A stretch of 62,013 nucleotides of DNA, counting the filler. It is 19 parts of 19 records of this genome, joined end to end, with 100 filler letters (N's around TTAATTAATTAA, not from the genome) between each part and the next. Parts side by side here need not be neighbours in the genome. Positions count along the whole stretch, not along the records: positions 1 to 2,527 come from SRR11831586_1364; positions 2,628 to 9,683 come from SRR11831586_1406; positions 9,784 to 12,795 come from SRR11831586_1429; positions 12,896 to 15,375 come from SRR11831586_1451; 15 more parts are not named here. One strand, written 5' to 3'. Shown here one piece after another: positions 1 through 12,897 of the stretch (within the stretch, counting starts at the first letter, position 1; each line of letters starts with the position of its first letter). Both the position numbers and the translations under genes were made by a program. The notes under the pieces are model-generated. The model made no database searches. It saw only the letters and a program-made list of their open reading frames with translations, and had not been told where the DNA came from.

Positions 1-2500
1 TACCCTCCGGCAGCGCGATCGGCTCCGTGACATGTTCGCAAACCTGACACTCCGTCCACACCACAATCGAAGACTGAGCCGCAGGAGGCAGCGCCCCCGC
101 AGGATGCACCGTTGCCACCACCCGCGCGTTCCCGTGTATGTACCAGCGCAGATGAGCCGCAGCGGGCAGCTTGCATTTTGTAGAGCCCGCACAACGCGCC
201 GAGGGGGACAGACACGCGTCCATGAGAAACTTACCAAGGGGGATGTCCCCATCGCCGTAGAAATGAATGATCTCGAGCGAGGGTGCCTTGCACGGCGGCG
301 CACCCCCAGCAGTGGCGATAGCGTGCAGGAAGATAATGTTCTGGTGGTCGATGGCGCTGAGCACGGTACCGGTGGGGAAAGGGGTGCCGCGAAAGTCGAC
401 GGAGGGGGAGAGGGAGATAGAGGGCCGTTCGGAAAGTACAGGCAGGACCGCATGCAGACCGCGGAAGGACGAGAAGAAAGCGGACTCGTGCTGCATGGCG
501 GAGGCGGCGAAACACGCGAAAGACAGCACATCTTTCATGACGGCCAGCGTGTCCAGGTCCGCCCCGCGCAGGACGACGGTGCCACCGGGGGCGGCCGTAC
601 ATCCGTCAAAGACCATCAGGGTCTTGCCAAAGGGGGTGCGCTTGGTGAAGAAGCGCGCACAGGAGCCCAGCGTTGCAGAGGCGACCGCATCGATGGACTC
701 TGCAATCGAGGCCCCTGTCATTACGGAGAGCCGCACAAAGAGTTCCGGTTTGACATAAAGCACCAGGGTGATGCCTGCATTGAGGAGTTGATCCTGGGCG
801 AACCGGGACACACCGTACTGCGCGATGACGATATCGGGGCGCACAGAGGCGATTTTCGCGGTGGAGATGCTGAGATAGGCCTGTTCTTGTTCGAGCACGG
901 CGTCCATGGCGACAAAGCGCAACTGCCGCTCATACCTGTGTGGAGCGGAGGAAGAGGGGAGGGGGAGTAAGTGAGTGCTCAATGAACACTATATGAGAGC
1001 GGGAGTGAGTGTGAGTGTGAATGGGAAGATGAGATGCATGCGCGGTTACGTGTGCGAGTATGTGCGGCTGTTCCTTGCATGCAGAAGAAGAACGAAAATA
1101 GCAACGTACTCCAAGGCACATCCCAGCAGCAAGATACGCGGCTGCGTGATCGTGCTACGCATCTTCCGGTGCGCAATATTCTTAGTGCATACCACACCGC
1201 CTACCACCAAGGTGTCGTTTGGGGATCCGCCGACAACCCTCTTGATCTTGATGGCGTTACGGACATCCATGGTGTCCCCGTTGGCGTTCTCCACCACCAC
1301 AGAGCTCGCAACACGCTCCGCCAGACGCACCAAGACAGCTGTGCAACGGAGACGAAACCAGATTACAGTCAGAAACACAACCATACTACACGAACACGCA
1401 CACCCAGGCATACACATATAAGACGAACATACACCACCACATTCTGAGCGCACGTACGAGTCCACTCCACCACGGTGCCTTGCCCCACACCGTACGATGT
1501 CAGCATTGCTCTGACAATTTCGGTGAGATGGTTGTGGGCACTTAGTCGTTGCAGCTTGGGGAGGGCAGCGACCTTGGCCTCCGCTGCACATTCAGAAGCA
1601 CACACATACAAACAAAACAAAAAAGGCACACACACACCGACACACACCGAAGCCTAGCCATAAGCATCGAGAGACGTACAACGTAAAGATAGATCGCAGG
1701 AACGTGCGCTCATAAACGAAAAGAACTCAACCAATACACACGGGTGTCGTAGGAGACAAAAACACAGGCAGTATAACTGCTGCATGGAACGATGTGAGCT
1801 AAGAACGTACGTGTGCCTCCATTCAACACAAACGGTAAATCTTCATCCACGGGGTCCTACAGCCACACATAAACACATCTCGTAAGACTACGGTGGTCAC
1901 AGCGCTCGTACAGACACACGACACACTAAACTCAACACACACACACACACAGCACAAACACACACACATATACACACACATATCACCATGTACTCACAAC
2001 ATACCGGCTGCAAGGACGGAGTAGCGGTCATCATGGGAAGAATGTTCAGCAACGGTCCACTCTACCAAACGAAACACACGCAGACACACATACGCACGCA
2101 CACACAAACACACGCACACATTGATCAGCGTTCCATACAGAAAATAGCAACAAATGTACATCCTTCCGCCAACACCTACATCGATCGAAACACATCATTC
2201 CATATTCACAAAACTTTCCCCAATCGAGCGTGATACAACGTCTCCACAGAAACATCTCAGTATACGCACAACACACCGATATTCATCCACAATCACCCAT
2301 CCCACCCACCAGCACATCGCACCATATCCCACACCACACCACACAAAACACACCTCCACAGCAACCAGCACGGGGCTTGGCACCGCAGGCATCGGCACAC
2401 GGGACGATAGTTTGGGTGGGGGCGATGGCACACTCGACGCACTCGGATACGAGGCCCTGCGCGGCTGCGGGCGGTGTGTGGGCCCGCGATGCACATAGCA
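1..2500 (-). CDS. FAB1: PI3P 5-kinase PIKfyve/Fab1, partial and multi-exon (CCT-like and Cys-rich regions)
   Basis: Exon ~1110-1337 reads MDVRNAIKIKRVVGG...GGVVCTKNIAHRKMRSTITQPRILLLGCALE. GT-AG intron 936-1109 follows, then exon 1-935 reads YERQLRFVAMDAVLEQE...KTLMVFDGC...IHFYGDGDIPLGKFL...HLRWYIHG...WTECQVC. Upstream exon boundaries are approximate. Confidence 0.88.
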
Positions 2501-2527
2501 GAAGCTGCACACACGCAGGGGTTTTCG

Positions 2528-2627
2528 NNNNNNNNNNNNNNNNNNNNNNNNNNNNNNNNNNNNNNNNNNNNTTAATTAATTAANNNNNNNNNNNNNNNNN
2601 NNNNNNNNNNNNNNNNNNNNNNNNNNN
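2528..2627. other. Artificial contig linker (first of 18)
   Basis: 44 N + TTAATTAATTAA (stops in all six frames) + 44 N. Identical 100-nt copies start at 2528, 9684, 12796, 15376, 17797, 20300, 22834, 25404, 30608, 33779, 37850, 41713, 47339, 49866, 52210, 54804, 57434 and 59699. Confidence 0.99.
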
Positions 2628-2653
2628 CGGCGTGAACGCCTTATCCGGCCTAC
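2628..2653. repeat. E. coli REP element (partial, at contig end)
   Basis: CGGCGTGAACGCCTTATCCGGCCTAC matches the REP consensus. Confidence 0.9.
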
Positions 2654-2677
2654 AAATGCTATCAACGCGCTCGGTCA

Positions 2678-2720
2678 GTCCCCTCGCCCCACCGGGGAGA
2701 GGGTTAGGGTGAGAGGGAAC
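2678..2720. repeat. E. coli BoxC-like repeat
   Basis: CCCCTCGCCCCACCGGGGAGAGGGTTAGGGTGAGAGGG is a pyrimidine/purine imperfect palindrome typical of BoxC. Confidence 0.7.
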
Positions 2721-2768
2721 CCTGGGCACTAAGCCAACATTCGCCAACATCCCCCCCTCACTCTGACT

Positions 2769-4874
2769 TTAGTGTGCGCCTTTTGCCTGCGCCACGATCT
2801 CCTCGACATTTTCCGGCATTGGTTCATACGGCGTTTCTTTCGCCGTTGGCTTCGGATCTTTCAATGCCGCAAGTGCCGTCTTAATCGAGAACAGTGCCAG
2901 AACCACCACGACCACCATAAAGAAGATGGTTAACCCGGCATCCAGACGGTTGTTGAACACCAGTTGCGCCAGCTGTGACTCAGTATACTGCGACGGAATA
3001 TTGCCGCTGTCGATCATTGCCTGGAACTTATTAGCAATGGCCAGGAAGCCGACTTTCGCATCCGGGCTAAACGCTTTCTGCCAGCCTGCGGTCAGGGTAC
3101 AAATCAGCAGCCAGGCCGTTGGTACCAGCGCCACCCAGGCGTAACGTTGACGTTTCATCTTGAACAACACCACGGCACAGAGCATCAGCGCCATCCCTGC
3201 CAGCATCTGGTTGGCAATACCAAACAGCGGCCACAGAGTGTTAATGCCGCCCAGCGGATCGACCACGCCCTGATGGAGGAAGTAGCCCCACGCCAGTACG
3301 CACAGCGCTGTTGCCAGCAGGTTAGCAGGCAGTGAATCGGTCCGCTTCAGGCCAGGAGACACCACGCCCAGCAGATCCTGCAACATAAAGCGCGCAGCAC
3401 GCGTACCTGCATCCACCGCCGTCAGAATAAACAGTGCTTCAAACAAAATGGCGAAGTGATACCAGAACGCCACATCCATCATGCCGCCCAGCGCGCCGTG
3501 CAGAATGTAGGCCATCCCCACCGCCAGCGTCGGCGCACCGCCCGCACGGGAAATGATCGACTGTTCACCCACTTCGCTGGCAATCTGGTTTAGCGTATCT
3601 GGTGTAATGCTAAAGCCCCAGCTACTCACCACCTGCGCGGCAGAAGCGACCACATCCGCCGTCCCTGCCGGAGCCAGCACCGCCATCGGGCTGTTCATGG
3701 CAAAATACACGCCCGGATCGATGATACAGGCGGAAACCAGCGCCATAATCGCCACGAAGGATTCCATTAACATCCCACCGTAGCCGATAAAGCACGCCTG
3801 CCCTTCGTTCGCCAGCATCTTCGGCGTGGTCCCAGAAGAGATCAGCGCATGGAAGCCAGACACCGCGCCACAGGCGATGGTGATAAACAGGAACGGGAAC
3901 AGGTTACCGGTCCATACCGGGCCAGTGCCATCGACAAATTTGGTCAGCGCAGGCATGGTCAGCGTCGGGCGCATAATCAAAATGCCTACCGCCAGACCGA
4001 CGATAGTCCCGATTTTCAGGAAGGTAGAGAGGTAGTCACGCGGGGCCAGCAGTAACCACACCGGCAGCACCGCCGCCACAAAACCGTAACCCACCAGCAT
4101 CCAGGTCAACTGCACGCCGGTAAAGTCAAAGTACGGTGCCCAGGTCGGACTTTCTGCCACCCAGCCGCCAGAGATAATGGCGAAAATCAGGAATACCAGA
4201 CCGATGACCGACACTTCGCCAATACGCCCCGGACGCAGATAGCGCAGGTAGATCCCCATAAACAGCGCCAGCGGAATGGTGAACGCAACGGTATATGTTC
4301 CCCACGGGCTATGAGTCAGGGCTTTCACCACGATCATCGCCAGCACTGCAAGGATAATGACCATGATCATAAAGCAGGCCACCAGCGCAATCACCCCGGC
4401 GGTTGGCCCCATCTCTTCTTTGACCAGCTCACCCAGCGAGCGACCGTCACGGCGCGTAGAAACAAACAGCACCATGAAATCCTGCACCGCACCGGCGAGA
4501 ACCACCCCAGCGAGCAGCCAGATCATCCCCGGCAGGTAGCCCATTTGCGCCGCCAGTACCGGCCCCACCAGCGGACCTGCTCCGGCAATGGCCGCAAAAT
4601 GGTGACCGAACAGCACTTTCTTGTCCGTCGGCACATAGTCCAGCCCGTCGTTATGGCGCACCGCTGGCGTCATACGCGTCGGGTCAACCGCCAGCACATT
4701 TTTGGCGATATACAGCCCATAAAAACGGTAAGCGATCAGATAGATACAGACCGACGCCACCACAATCCACAGCGCGTTGATCTGTTCCCCACGATTTAAA
4801 GCAATGTATCCCAGAGCAAATGCTCCCATTACAGAGAGCACTGTCCAGACGAGGTATTTCCCTGATTTGTTCAT
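2769..4874 (-). CDS. cstA: Carbon starvation protein A (peptide/pyruvate transporter)
   Basis: 701-aa polytopic membrane protein MNKSGKYLVW..., FGHHFAAIAGAGPLVGP motif, adjacent to the ent operon as in E. coli. Confidence 0.97.
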   Translation of the reverse strand: MNKSGKYLVWTVLSVMGAFALGYIALNRGEQINALWIVVASVCIYLIAYRFYGLYIAKNVLAVDPTRMTPAVRHNDGLDYVPTDKKVLFGHHFAAIAGAGPLVGPVLAAQMGYLPGMIWLLAGVVLAGAVQDFMVLFVSTRRDGRSLGELVKEEMGPTAGVIALVACFMIMVIILAVLAMIVVKALTHSPWGTYTVAFTIPLALFMGIYLRYLRPGRIGEVSVIGLVFLIFAIISGGWVAESPTWAPYFDFTGVQLTWMLVGYGFVAAVLPVWLLLAPRDYLSTFLKIGTIVGLAVGILIMRPTLTMPALTKFVDGTGPVWTGNLFPFLFITIACGAVSGFHALISSGTTPKMLANEGQACFIGYGGMLMESFVAIMALVSACIIDPGVYFAMNSPMAVLAPAGTADVVASAAQVVSSWGFSITPDTLNQIASEVGEQSIISRAGGAPTLAVGMAYILHGALGGMMDVAFWYHFAILFEALFILTAVDAGTRAARFMLQDLLGVVSPGLKRTDSLPANLLATALCVLAWGYFLHQGVVDPLGGINTLWPLFGIANQMLAGMALMLCAVVLFKMKRQRYAWVALVPTAWLLICTLTAGWQKAFSPDAKVGFLAIANKFQAMIDSGNIPSQYTESQLAQLVFNNRLDAGLTIFFMVVVVVLALFSIKTALAALKDPKPTAKETPYEPMPENVEEIVAQAKGAH

Positions 4875-5054
4875 AGTTGTTATCCGTGTGCGTGTCCATA
4901 GAGATGTTACATTTTGTTTCTATAACATCTTTGTACAATTTAACAACACAGCAACCATGTAAATCGGAGTTGAAACCAATATTTAACTTAACAATGTTAA
5001 CTCGATCACTCCGTTAACCGAGTTTTCCTGCAATCTCATCTAATTCTGTCGGGT

Positions 5055-6216
<1,162 letters not shown>

Positions 6217-6217
<1 letters not shown>

Positions 6218-7074
6218 TATTTCACCTCGCGGGAGAGTAGCTTCCACCAGGCGTCGATGGTCGGGTTTTTCGCCAGCATGACAAAGTCGATATCACCATG
6301 CACTTTGCGCCAGCGCGCCGCCAGCGCCATCATGCGCACCGAATCCAGACCGTAGTCGATCAGGTTGTCGTCATCGAACGGTTCATCGGACTCGTCCAGC
6401 AACGGCAGGATCACCTCACGCAGCGCCGCTTTGCTGGCGGGGATAGGTGCTGGCAGTAATTCTTCAGTCATCACCACCCGGCCAGAACGTCCGGCCACAT
6501 ATTTCAGCGACATCAAATGCTCGTCACGGCTGAAATCGGCCAGCGCATCCGCCACCATAAACGGTTTAATATCGCGCATAAATGCGTCGGTTGCGGTGGT
6601 CATACAGCCAATGTGGGCATATACCCCGGTAATAATCAGCTGGTTACGTCCACTCTCTTTCAGCATTTGCTCCAGCGGAGAACGATGAAACGCGCTGTAG
6701 CGCCACTTCACCAGCACCGTGTCGTCGGCATCTGGCGTCAGGCGATCCACCACCTTTTGCTGTTCCGGCGAGCGGGTCAGGCCCGGCCCCCACATATCAT
6801 TCAACAGCGCCCGATCTTCATCGCTCTGCTCTTTCGGCTGGGCGGTGTAATAAACCGGGATATTGTGCTGTTTGCAGTAGTCGCGCAGCGCAGCAATATT
6901 CGCGATCACCTGCTCCATCATCGGGCAGTTCTCGCCCCAGAAGCTGACAAAATAGTCCTGCATATCATGGATTAACAACGCGGCACGTTGCGGTTCAAAG
7001 GCCCAGTCAACTTTATTCTGCGGAATATCGTGAGACTCCGGCAGTGCGTAAGCCTGTAATTTTGGAATAGCCAT
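6217..7074 (-). CDS. entB: Isochorismatase / aryl carrier protein
   Basis: 285 aa with C-terminal carrier motif GLDSVR. Confidence 0.97.
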
Positions 7075-7087
7075 CGTGTTCTCTCCT

Positions 7088-8698
7088 TCAGGCTGATGCG
7101 CGTGACGCCAGCCACTGACGTAATTGTTTTTTATCGACTTTCCCGACCGCCGTCAGCGGAAGTGAATCCACACACTCCACGCGATCCGGTAATTTAAATT
7201 CGGCAATACCCTGTTCACGCAGGAAACGACGCACCTGCACCGCGCGCAGCGGCTCTTTTACCACCAGATAAGCGCAGCTTTTTTCGCCCATCAGCTCATC
7301 TTCCATGCTCACCAGTGCGGCGTAGATCACCGCCGGGTGGCGCAGCAGCAGGTTTTCGATCTCTTCGGCAGCGATCTTCTCGCCGCCACGGTTAATCTGA
7401 TCTTTCTCGCGCCCCTGCACGGTGATGTAACCCTCTGGATCAATAGAGATCAGATCGCCGGAACAGTAAAAACCGTTGGCATCAAAGGCGCTGGCATTGT
7501 GCTGTGGACTTTTGTAATAGCCGCGGAAGGTGTACGGCCCGCGCGTCATCAGGCGTCCGACTTCCCCTTGCGGCAGTGGATTTCCTTCGGCATCGGCAAC
7601 CCATACTTCGTCATCCGGACACATTGGGTAACCCTGGGTATGGATAATTTTCTCCGCGCTATCATCAAGTCGGGTGTAGTTCACCAGCCCTTCCGCCATG
7701 CCAAACACCTGCTGCAACTGACAGCCAATCTCAGCGGGAATACGCGCCGCAAGGGTGGCAGAAAGACGTGCGCCGCCGACCTGTAACAGTTTCAGCGAGG
7801 CAAGCTGCGCCCGGCTTTCGCCTTCGATCAGCGCCTGCAACCACAGGCTGACTGCGGGTGGCACCAGCGCGGTAACGTTAACCTGATGTTTTTCAATCAA
7901 TGGGAAACAGAGCGTGGCGCTGGGATCGGCCGCCAGAACAACCGTTCCTCCGGCAAGAAAGACGCCCAGCGATCCTGGCGAACTCATGGCGTAGTTATGA
8001 GCCGCCGGGATCGCGCACAGGTAGCGTGTCTGTTGTGTGAACTGACAAATCTCGACGCTACGACGCACGCTGTAGTAGTAGTCGTTATGAGTGCGCGGGA
8101 TCAGTTTCGGTGTGCCGGTGGTGCCACCGGAAAGCTGGAAATAGGCCACTTCATCAGCAGGTGATGGCGTGGCAGTAAAATCCTCAGCCGGATGGTTAAT
8201 CGCATCCTGCAAGTTATGCTCACCGCTGTCGTTGAGCAGTTGCACCACGCGAATGGAGGAATGTTCTGTGACGAAAGTATTGAGGAAATCATCCCCGCTA
8301 AACAGCGCATGTTGGCGATCGGCAATCAGCAATGCGGGTTCAATCTGGCTGGCATAGGCGTTCAGTTCACTACGCTGATGGCTGAACAACGCCAGCACCG
8401 GCGCAACGCCCAGTTTCAGCAGCGCGAAAAAGGTAATATACAATTCAGCGACGTTACCCAGTTGTACCAGCGCGGTTTCACCAGGTTTAATGCCCTGACG
8501 GCGTAAACTACACGCGAGGTTATCCGCCGCCTGATTCAGCTCCCGATAACTCAACTGTCGCTCGCCGTCGATAACCGCGATGCTGTCACTCGCAGCATGT
8601 CGCGTCAGAATGTCGGTCAGCGGCAAATCCTGCCAGTAGCCTTTTTCCCGATAGCGACGGGCAAACTCTTCCGGCCAGCGGGTGAATGGAATGCTCAT
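7088..8698 (-). CDS. entE: 2,3-dihydroxybenzoate-AMP ligase
   Basis: 536-aa adenylation enzyme with [10 protein letters not shown] motif. Confidence 0.97.
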   Translation of the reverse strand: MSIPFTRWPEEFARRYREKGYWQDLPLTDILTRHAASDSIAVIDGERQLSYRELNQAADNLACSLRRQGIKPGETALVQLGNVAELYITFFALLKLGVAPVLALFSHQRSELNAYASQIEPALLIADRQHALFSGDDFLNTFVTEHSSIRVVQLLNDSGEHNLQDAINHPAEDFTATPSPADEVAYFQLSGGTTGTPKLIPRTHNDYYYSVRRSVEICQFTQQTRYLCAIPAAHNYAMSSPGSLGVFLAGGTVVLAADPSATLCFPLIEKHQVNVTALVPPAVSLWLQALIEGESRAQLASLKLLQVGGARLSATLAARIPAEIGCQLQQVFGMAEGLVNYTRLDDSAEKIIHTQGYPMCPDDEVWVADAEGNPLPQGEVGRLMTRGPYTFRGYYKSPQHNASAFDANGFYCSGDLISIDPEGYITVQGREKDQINRGGEKIAAEEIENLLLRHPAVIYAALVSMEDELMGEKSCAYLVVKEPLRAVQVRRFLREQGIAEFKLPDRVECVDSLPLTAVGKVDKKQLRQWLASRASA

Positions 8699-8707
8699 CC
8701 TCGCTCC

Positions 8708-9683
8708 TTAATGCAATCCAAAAACGTTCAACATGGTAGAAAGTTTGACGCCTGTTTCGCGCCACTCACCCAACGGTGACGACGCAGGCACAATCCCCGC
8801 TCCGGCAAACAGACGCACCTGATTTTCCCGCAGCTTCGCGCAGCGGATGGTCACCACCCATTCGCCGTTACCTTCGCTGTCACACCAACCCACAATGCCG
8901 CCAAACAGTTCGCGGTCGAACGGTTCCAGTTCAGCAATAACCTGGGTCGCGGCCTGATGCGGGAAACCGCTCAGCGCGGGGGTCGGATGCAGCAGACAGG
9001 CCAGAGTCAGTGCGTTTTCTTGCGAATTCGCTTTACCTTCAAAGGGAGTTGCGAGATGCCACAGCGTCGGCGTGGTGATCAGCTGTGGAGAAGAAGGAAC
9101 GTGTAACTCACTACTGCGTTCGCGCAGTACCTCTTTCATCGCCTGAGTCACCAGTTCATGTTCATGGCGATCTTTTTCTGACGCCAGCAGACGATTACCT
9201 GCTTCGCGATCGAGCACTTCATCCGGCTGACGACGCGCGGAACCGGCTAACGGAATGGAGCTAAAACGCTCGCCGTCTTTACGTAGCAGCAGTTCCGGGC
9301 TGGCCCCCAGCAGGACGCCACCATCAGCCAGCGGAACATGGAAGTTGTAACTAACCGGGTTTTGCGCAATCAACCGTTCCAGCAATACGCCACTATCAAT
9401 GGCGGCGTCAGTGGTGATATCAATCAACCGTGACAACACCACTTTGTCGACCTGCGGCGTGGCGGTAAGTGCGGCGGCGCGGGCAACCATCTGTTCAAAC
9501 GTGGTTTGCTCCGGAATTGCCTGGCGTTCCACCACATTCAGCGACTGGCTGCGGGTGAAACGGCGTGCGGAAGCTTGTTTTTCCTGACGGGAGAACGACT
9601 GCCAGGATTCAGGAATATACAGCGACGAAGGCTGACGTGGATCGAAGGGAATCGCCCCGACCATCACCGGATTTTTTGATGCC
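8708..9683 (-). CDS. entC: Isochorismate synthase, 5'-truncated by contig end
   Basis: VGAIPFD...GASPELL...HPTPALSG...FAGAGIV motifs, in operon position. Confidence 0.95.
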
Positions 9684-9845
9684 NNNNNNNNNNNNNNNNN
9701 NNNNNNNNNNNNNNNNNNNNNNNNNNNTTAATTAATTAANNNNNNNNNNNNNNNNNNNNNNNNNNNNNNNNNNNNNNNNNNNNTGTGTGTGTGTGAGTGT
9801 GTGTGTGTGTGTGCTCGTGCCTGTCTTCGTGTGCGTGTCTGACAG

Positions 9846-10547
9846 GTTCCCGATGATCACCGTCTTCCAAGAGTCCAACCGCCTTGCGGTGGGTTTGGGG
9901 AAGCAGCTGCTTATCTACGATCTCAAGACGGGACAGCGCGCTCACACTGTCGATGTGCGTTCGTTGTGGAATAGCCCCCGTCGTTGTGGCTGATTCTCAA
10001 TGTTTGTTTGTGTGCACCCTTTAGGCTCACGGCCAGCCGGTGACCGCTGTTGCCTTCGCGCCGGGCGGTAAGTCGCTGGCTACGTACGCGATGGGGGATG
10101 AGGCTGTCGCGTTCTGGTACGTGCTCCTAGTAGATGTCGGCCCCACACAGCCTTTCTTTCACTGATCTGCGTTGGGATTGCTCAGTTGCGTTCAGATGTT
10201 GGGGTGGTAAGTGGCGGCGGTGGTGACCGACCAGTGTTGAGGTTCTGTGCTCGGGTCTGACGGTTGCGTGCGCTAGGTCGATTGTGTGGAAGCTGCTGCC
10301 GGTGATGGGCGACAGTGTACGCAGAGACAGCGTGTTTCGCGTGCCCTCCACCACCCCTGCCGCCCGTACGTCACTTTCGTTGTCAATTACCCTAGCACTG
10401 CAATGATTGTTTTCACGGATCTTGTATGTTTCTAACCGCTGTGCAGAGATCAACCCTGCTGCGCTGCTGGAGATACGCCTGGTGTGGACCTCCTCCACCA
10501 CAGTCTCGCTCATACGTGGTGGCGACACGGTGTCGTTCAAGCTTTAG
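9846..10547 (+). CDS. WDR7: WD-repeat protein WDR7 / rabconnectin-3 beta-like, 3' exons
   Basis: Spliced reading FPMITVFQESNRLAVG...IYDLKT|AHGQPVTAVAFAPGGKSLATY...FW...IRLVWTSSTTVSL...SFKL*, ending at TAG 10545-10547. Confidence 0.72.
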
Positions 10548-11015
10548 CGACTGCCGGCCTAACGGTGTAGTTTGTTGAGGTTATTAGTGATGTTGCAGCA
10601 GTGTGCGGATACAGATATAAATCCTATGAAGCTTGCAGACCTTCCCTCCATGAGCGTCCTCATCCTGATTCTTTGCACGATTGGACTTCCCGGTGCTCCG
10701 CCGTATCACGGTATCGATACAACGGTCCAGCGGTGCTGCCGGCTAGAATGTGGTGAACGTTCGTGCGGCACCGAGTGCTGCATGCATGTCCACTGCGTAC
10801 AGCTAAACGCTAGTGCGATCGTGATTGAGCTCTGAAACGCACGCAGGCAGCGGTTCGACTTTACTGTGTACCGGTACCGTTTGGACGGGCTTGCCCACCA
10901 CAAACAGAGCGATGAGCCTGCCGTGTTGTATGTTGATGCGGTATCTGTGGGATCGTGTGTCTTGGTCCATTATTGGTGCAAGCACGGATTAGCACAGCGT
11001 CCGTTTTTCTGAAGC

Positions 11016-12795
11016 ATGATGGATTTCACGCTACTGGAACACGCACTCCTGGCAGTATCTCTCGTGGGCTTTGTATCCTGCGCAGTTGCGTACATACGGG
11101 AGCGAAAATCCGGGGAGCAGAAGCGTAAACTGTTTGATATGTCCTGGGATTTCCAGGTCGTGTCGGGGTTAGATGGTTATATGCAGGACATGAATCCTGC
11201 GTTCTTGAAAACCTGTGGATATACAAAGGACGGTACGTGATAGGAATGATGTAAGATTGATTGTTTTATCGTTTCGCAGAGGCTCGCTCCATTTCATATC
11301 TTGAGCTCGTGCATCCTGACGATCGGGAGGCTACTCTTGAGCATCTTAAACGGATGCAAAAAGGTCATGATGGTCTGCGACTGCAAAATCGTGTGAAGTG
11401 TAAGGATGGCTCGTATCGTACCGTAGAGTGGAACGCGGTTCCAGACCCCAAGAACGGGTGCAGCTATGCTGTAGCACGGTACCTACAGGGTTTTCGTTTG
11501 TATTCATTCTTATCACTGTGATTGCAGAGATATCAGTCACATGAAGGCTGTGATCGAGGAACTCGAGGCGCGGAAAACAGCTGCAGAAGAAGCGACACGC
11601 ATGAAATCAGATTTCTTAGCAGTCATGAGTCACGAGGTGAGTCCGTCTTGGACGTGAACTTCGTTTCGTTTCGTGTCTCCCATCTTGTGCGCGTCTGTCT
11701 GCCTGGTTGTTTATTCACGTACGGTACCGTAGATTCGCACGCCCATGAACGCGGTGATCGGGATGTGTAACATGCTTCTGGATACGGACCTCACTCCGGA
11801 GCAGCTTGAGCATGCACGTGTCATTCGCACGTCGTCGGATGCGCTGCTGGGTGTCATCAACGACATCCTTGACATATCGCGCATTGAGAGCCGCAAGCTG
11901 GATCTGGAGAACAACGTGTATGATCTGCCCATGGTACGCTATCGGTGGGATTGTGTTTGTGTGGGTAGGGGCTAAGCAGGCGAATGTGTGCGACTCGCCT
12001 GTGTCAGTTGTTCGCCTCCCTCACGAGCGTTCCGTAGCTGCTGGAGGAGTCTTTGGACATTGTCGCCTCCAACGCGTCCGAGAAGAAGCTCGACATCGCG
12101 TGCCTGGTCAGTCCCGACGTGCCGCGCCAGCTGCTGGGCGACGCCCTGCGTGTGCGGCAGATCGTGGTGAACCTGCTCACCAACGCGGTCAAGTTTACGC
12201 ACGAGGGCTACGTGGTCGTGCAGGTCGACCTCTCCCCGCCCCCGCTCTCCTCCAAGGCCGTCGTCGCCACCGCGCCCTCCATCGCACCGCTCCAGACCGC
12301 CTCCGCCGAGCGCCGCCCCCGCTCCGGCCCGCACGTGCTGCTGCACTTCTCCGTGCAGGACACAGGCATCGGCATCCCCGCGGACCGCCGCGACCGCCTG
12401 TTCCACAACTTTTCGCAGATGGACTCGTCGACGGCGCGCAAGTACGGGGGCAGCGGGTTGGGTCTGGCGATCTGCCGGTCGCTGTGCGAGATGATGGGGG
12501 GTACGATCTGGGCCGAGTGCGAGGGCGGCGGCTGCGGGTCCACCTTCCACTTCACCGTTGACTCGGACCTGCCCGCCGAGCACCTCTCCGGCGACGGCGA
12601 GAGCGCGCCATCGGGAGGAGGTACACCCATATGCTGTGTGTGTGCGTGTGCCTCGTGCTGTGTTTGGCTGTGGCGGTTGTTGGCTGGGTGGGACACGGCC
12701 TCACGCTGTGCGTAGGGTCCGACCTGATGTACCGTGCGGCGGCGCGGGGTGCTGCTGCGGCGGAGGCGTCCGAGGCGGAGGTTCTGAAGGGCAAG
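11016..12795 (+). CDS. Sensor histidine kinase (TM-PAS-HisKA-HATPase), probably hybrid, 3'-truncated
   Basis: Exons 11016-11232, 11280-11478, 11528-11636, 11733-11933, 12038-12620 and 12716-12795 join in frame through GT-AG introns. Motifs: PAS (MNPAF...VHPDD...[10 protein letters not shown]...VARDIS), H-box [18 protein letters not shown]-box [11 protein letters not shown]1 DTGIGI, G2 GGSGLGL. Confidence 0.93.
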
Positions 12796-12897
12796 NNNNN
12801 NNNNNNNNNNNNNNNNNNNNNNNNNNNNNNNNNNNNNNNTTAATTAATTAANNNNNNNNNNNNNNNNNNNNNNNNNNNNNNNNNNNNNNNNNNNNGG

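Noticed and set aside
32..970. 312-aa plus-strand ORF
   Set aside because: It is the antisense shadow of the long PIKfyve exon.
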